Below are positions 14,197 to 14,852 of a stretch of 14,852 bases of DNA, one piece after another (the stretch's first letter is position 1; the number at the start of each line of letters is the position of its first letter). The notes beneath the pieces are model-generated. The model searched no databases. It saw only the letters and a list, made by a program, of their open reading frames with translations, and had not been told where the DNA came from. This DNA comes from Methanobacteriota archaeon (GTDB lineage: Archaea > JAADCQ01 > Methanopyri > Methanopyrales > Methanopyraceae): contig JAMOPY010000029.1 of NCBI GenBank assembly GCA_027064305.1, forward strand, positions 1 to 14,852, written 5' to 3'. A program made the translations under genes and the position numbers.

Positions 14197-14849
14197 CCCG
14201 CGGGCCGGAGGTACCGGGCGATCTCGAACAGCCCGTGGGCGCCGAACGTCTGGATCGTCCAGGCGGCGGCGAACATCATCAGCAGGTCGTCCCCCTTGTG
14301 GTACCGCTCGACCCCCGTCACGTTGGACGCGAGGTCCGCGGCCGTGACCACCGCCCCCATGACGAGCCCGCCCCGCCAGGATCCGGTGATGAGCAGGCCC
14401 AGCAGGAGCGCCGCCAGGAACTCGAAGATCGTGCCGATCGGGCTGATGCCCTCCTCCACATGCCGGACCCGGAGTCCCTCGAGCGAGATCACCGGGTTCA
14501 CGGACCTGGGGACGAACTGGGCGAGCCCGCCCGCGCCGTCGACCCCCTTGGAGACGAGGAACGCGAGGCAGGCGTTCGTCAGCCCGAGGACGGGGGCGAG
14601 CCCGAACAGCATCAGGGCGGCCAGGAGGATCGAGTTCCAGGGGTCGTACCGCTCCCTACGCTCGTAGAGCTTCGGGGCCAGCGGGGGCCGGATGAACGCC
14701 GCGAAAACGGTGAGCCCGAAGATGGTGGCGGGGAGGACGCCCGACATCGCCTGGCCGAGCAGGACCGCCGCGGCCGCCCCTCCCACCGCCGAGTGCAGGG
14801 TCGAGGCGACCGGATCGTCGGAGAGCTTGCGTCGGAGCGCCTCCGCCAC
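14193..14849 (-). CDS. Hypothetical multi-pass membrane protein (start may lie beyond the window edge)
   Basis: Several hydrophobic helices and typical codon usage. Its stop overlaps the archaeosortase start. The frame is open to the window end. Confidence 0.7.
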   Translation of the reverse strand: MAEALRRKLSDDPVASTLHSAVGGAAAAVLLGQAMSGVLPATIFGLTVFAAFIRPPLAPKLYERRERYDPWNSILLAALMLFGLAPVLGLTNACLAFLVSKGVDGAGGLAQFVPRSVNPVISLEGLRVRHVEEGISPIGTIFEFLAALLLGLLITGSWRGGLVMGAVVTAADLASNVTGVERYHKGDDLLMMFAAAWTIQTFGAHGLFEIARYLRPAG

Positions 14850-14852
14850 GGT

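Noticed and set aside
10957-14667. 1236 aa plus-strand ORF
   Set aside because: Antisense shadow of four minus-strand genes. It has low-complexity L/V/P/R/H composition with no motifs, and high GC suppresses stop codons.
1-14852. tRNA/rRNA genes, CRISPR arrays, IS elements or integrases
   Set aside because: Almost all sequence is accounted for by abutting CDSs. No cloverleaf, repeat-spacer array, terminal inverted repeats or transposase motifs were seen.

Overview
Very GC-rich, gene-dense archaeal DNA. The acidic proteome, SepRS and His-loop CbiX-S point to a Methanopyrus-like hyperthermophilic methanogen (inference). Two convergent gene strings meet at overlapping stop codons near 8355-8358. 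Plus strand: sepS, SpoIIM/DUF95-like membrane protein, trpE, trpG, dapH, dapF, surE, two membrane-anchored coiled-coil proteins, thi4. Minus strand, in transcription order: membrane protein, archaeosortase-family protein, EndoQ, glutamate-cysteine-ligase (GCS2)-like carboxylate-amine ligase, amidohydrolase, HTH/N-formylglutamate-amidohydrolase-like protein, cbiX/cfbA, aroD. Most notable are (1) an apparent C/D box guide sRNA antisense to the 3' end of sepS, next to a palindromic and possibly bidirectional TATA box; (2) a coupled ligase + two hydrolases module that could be an uncharacterised amide ligation/removal system; (3) dapH and dapF in one reading frame separated by a single UGA plus a GC hairpin, with no canonical start codon ahead of the conserved DapF N-terminus; (4) an archaeosortase-like gene with an atypical catalytic motif, coupled to an unknown membrane protein.
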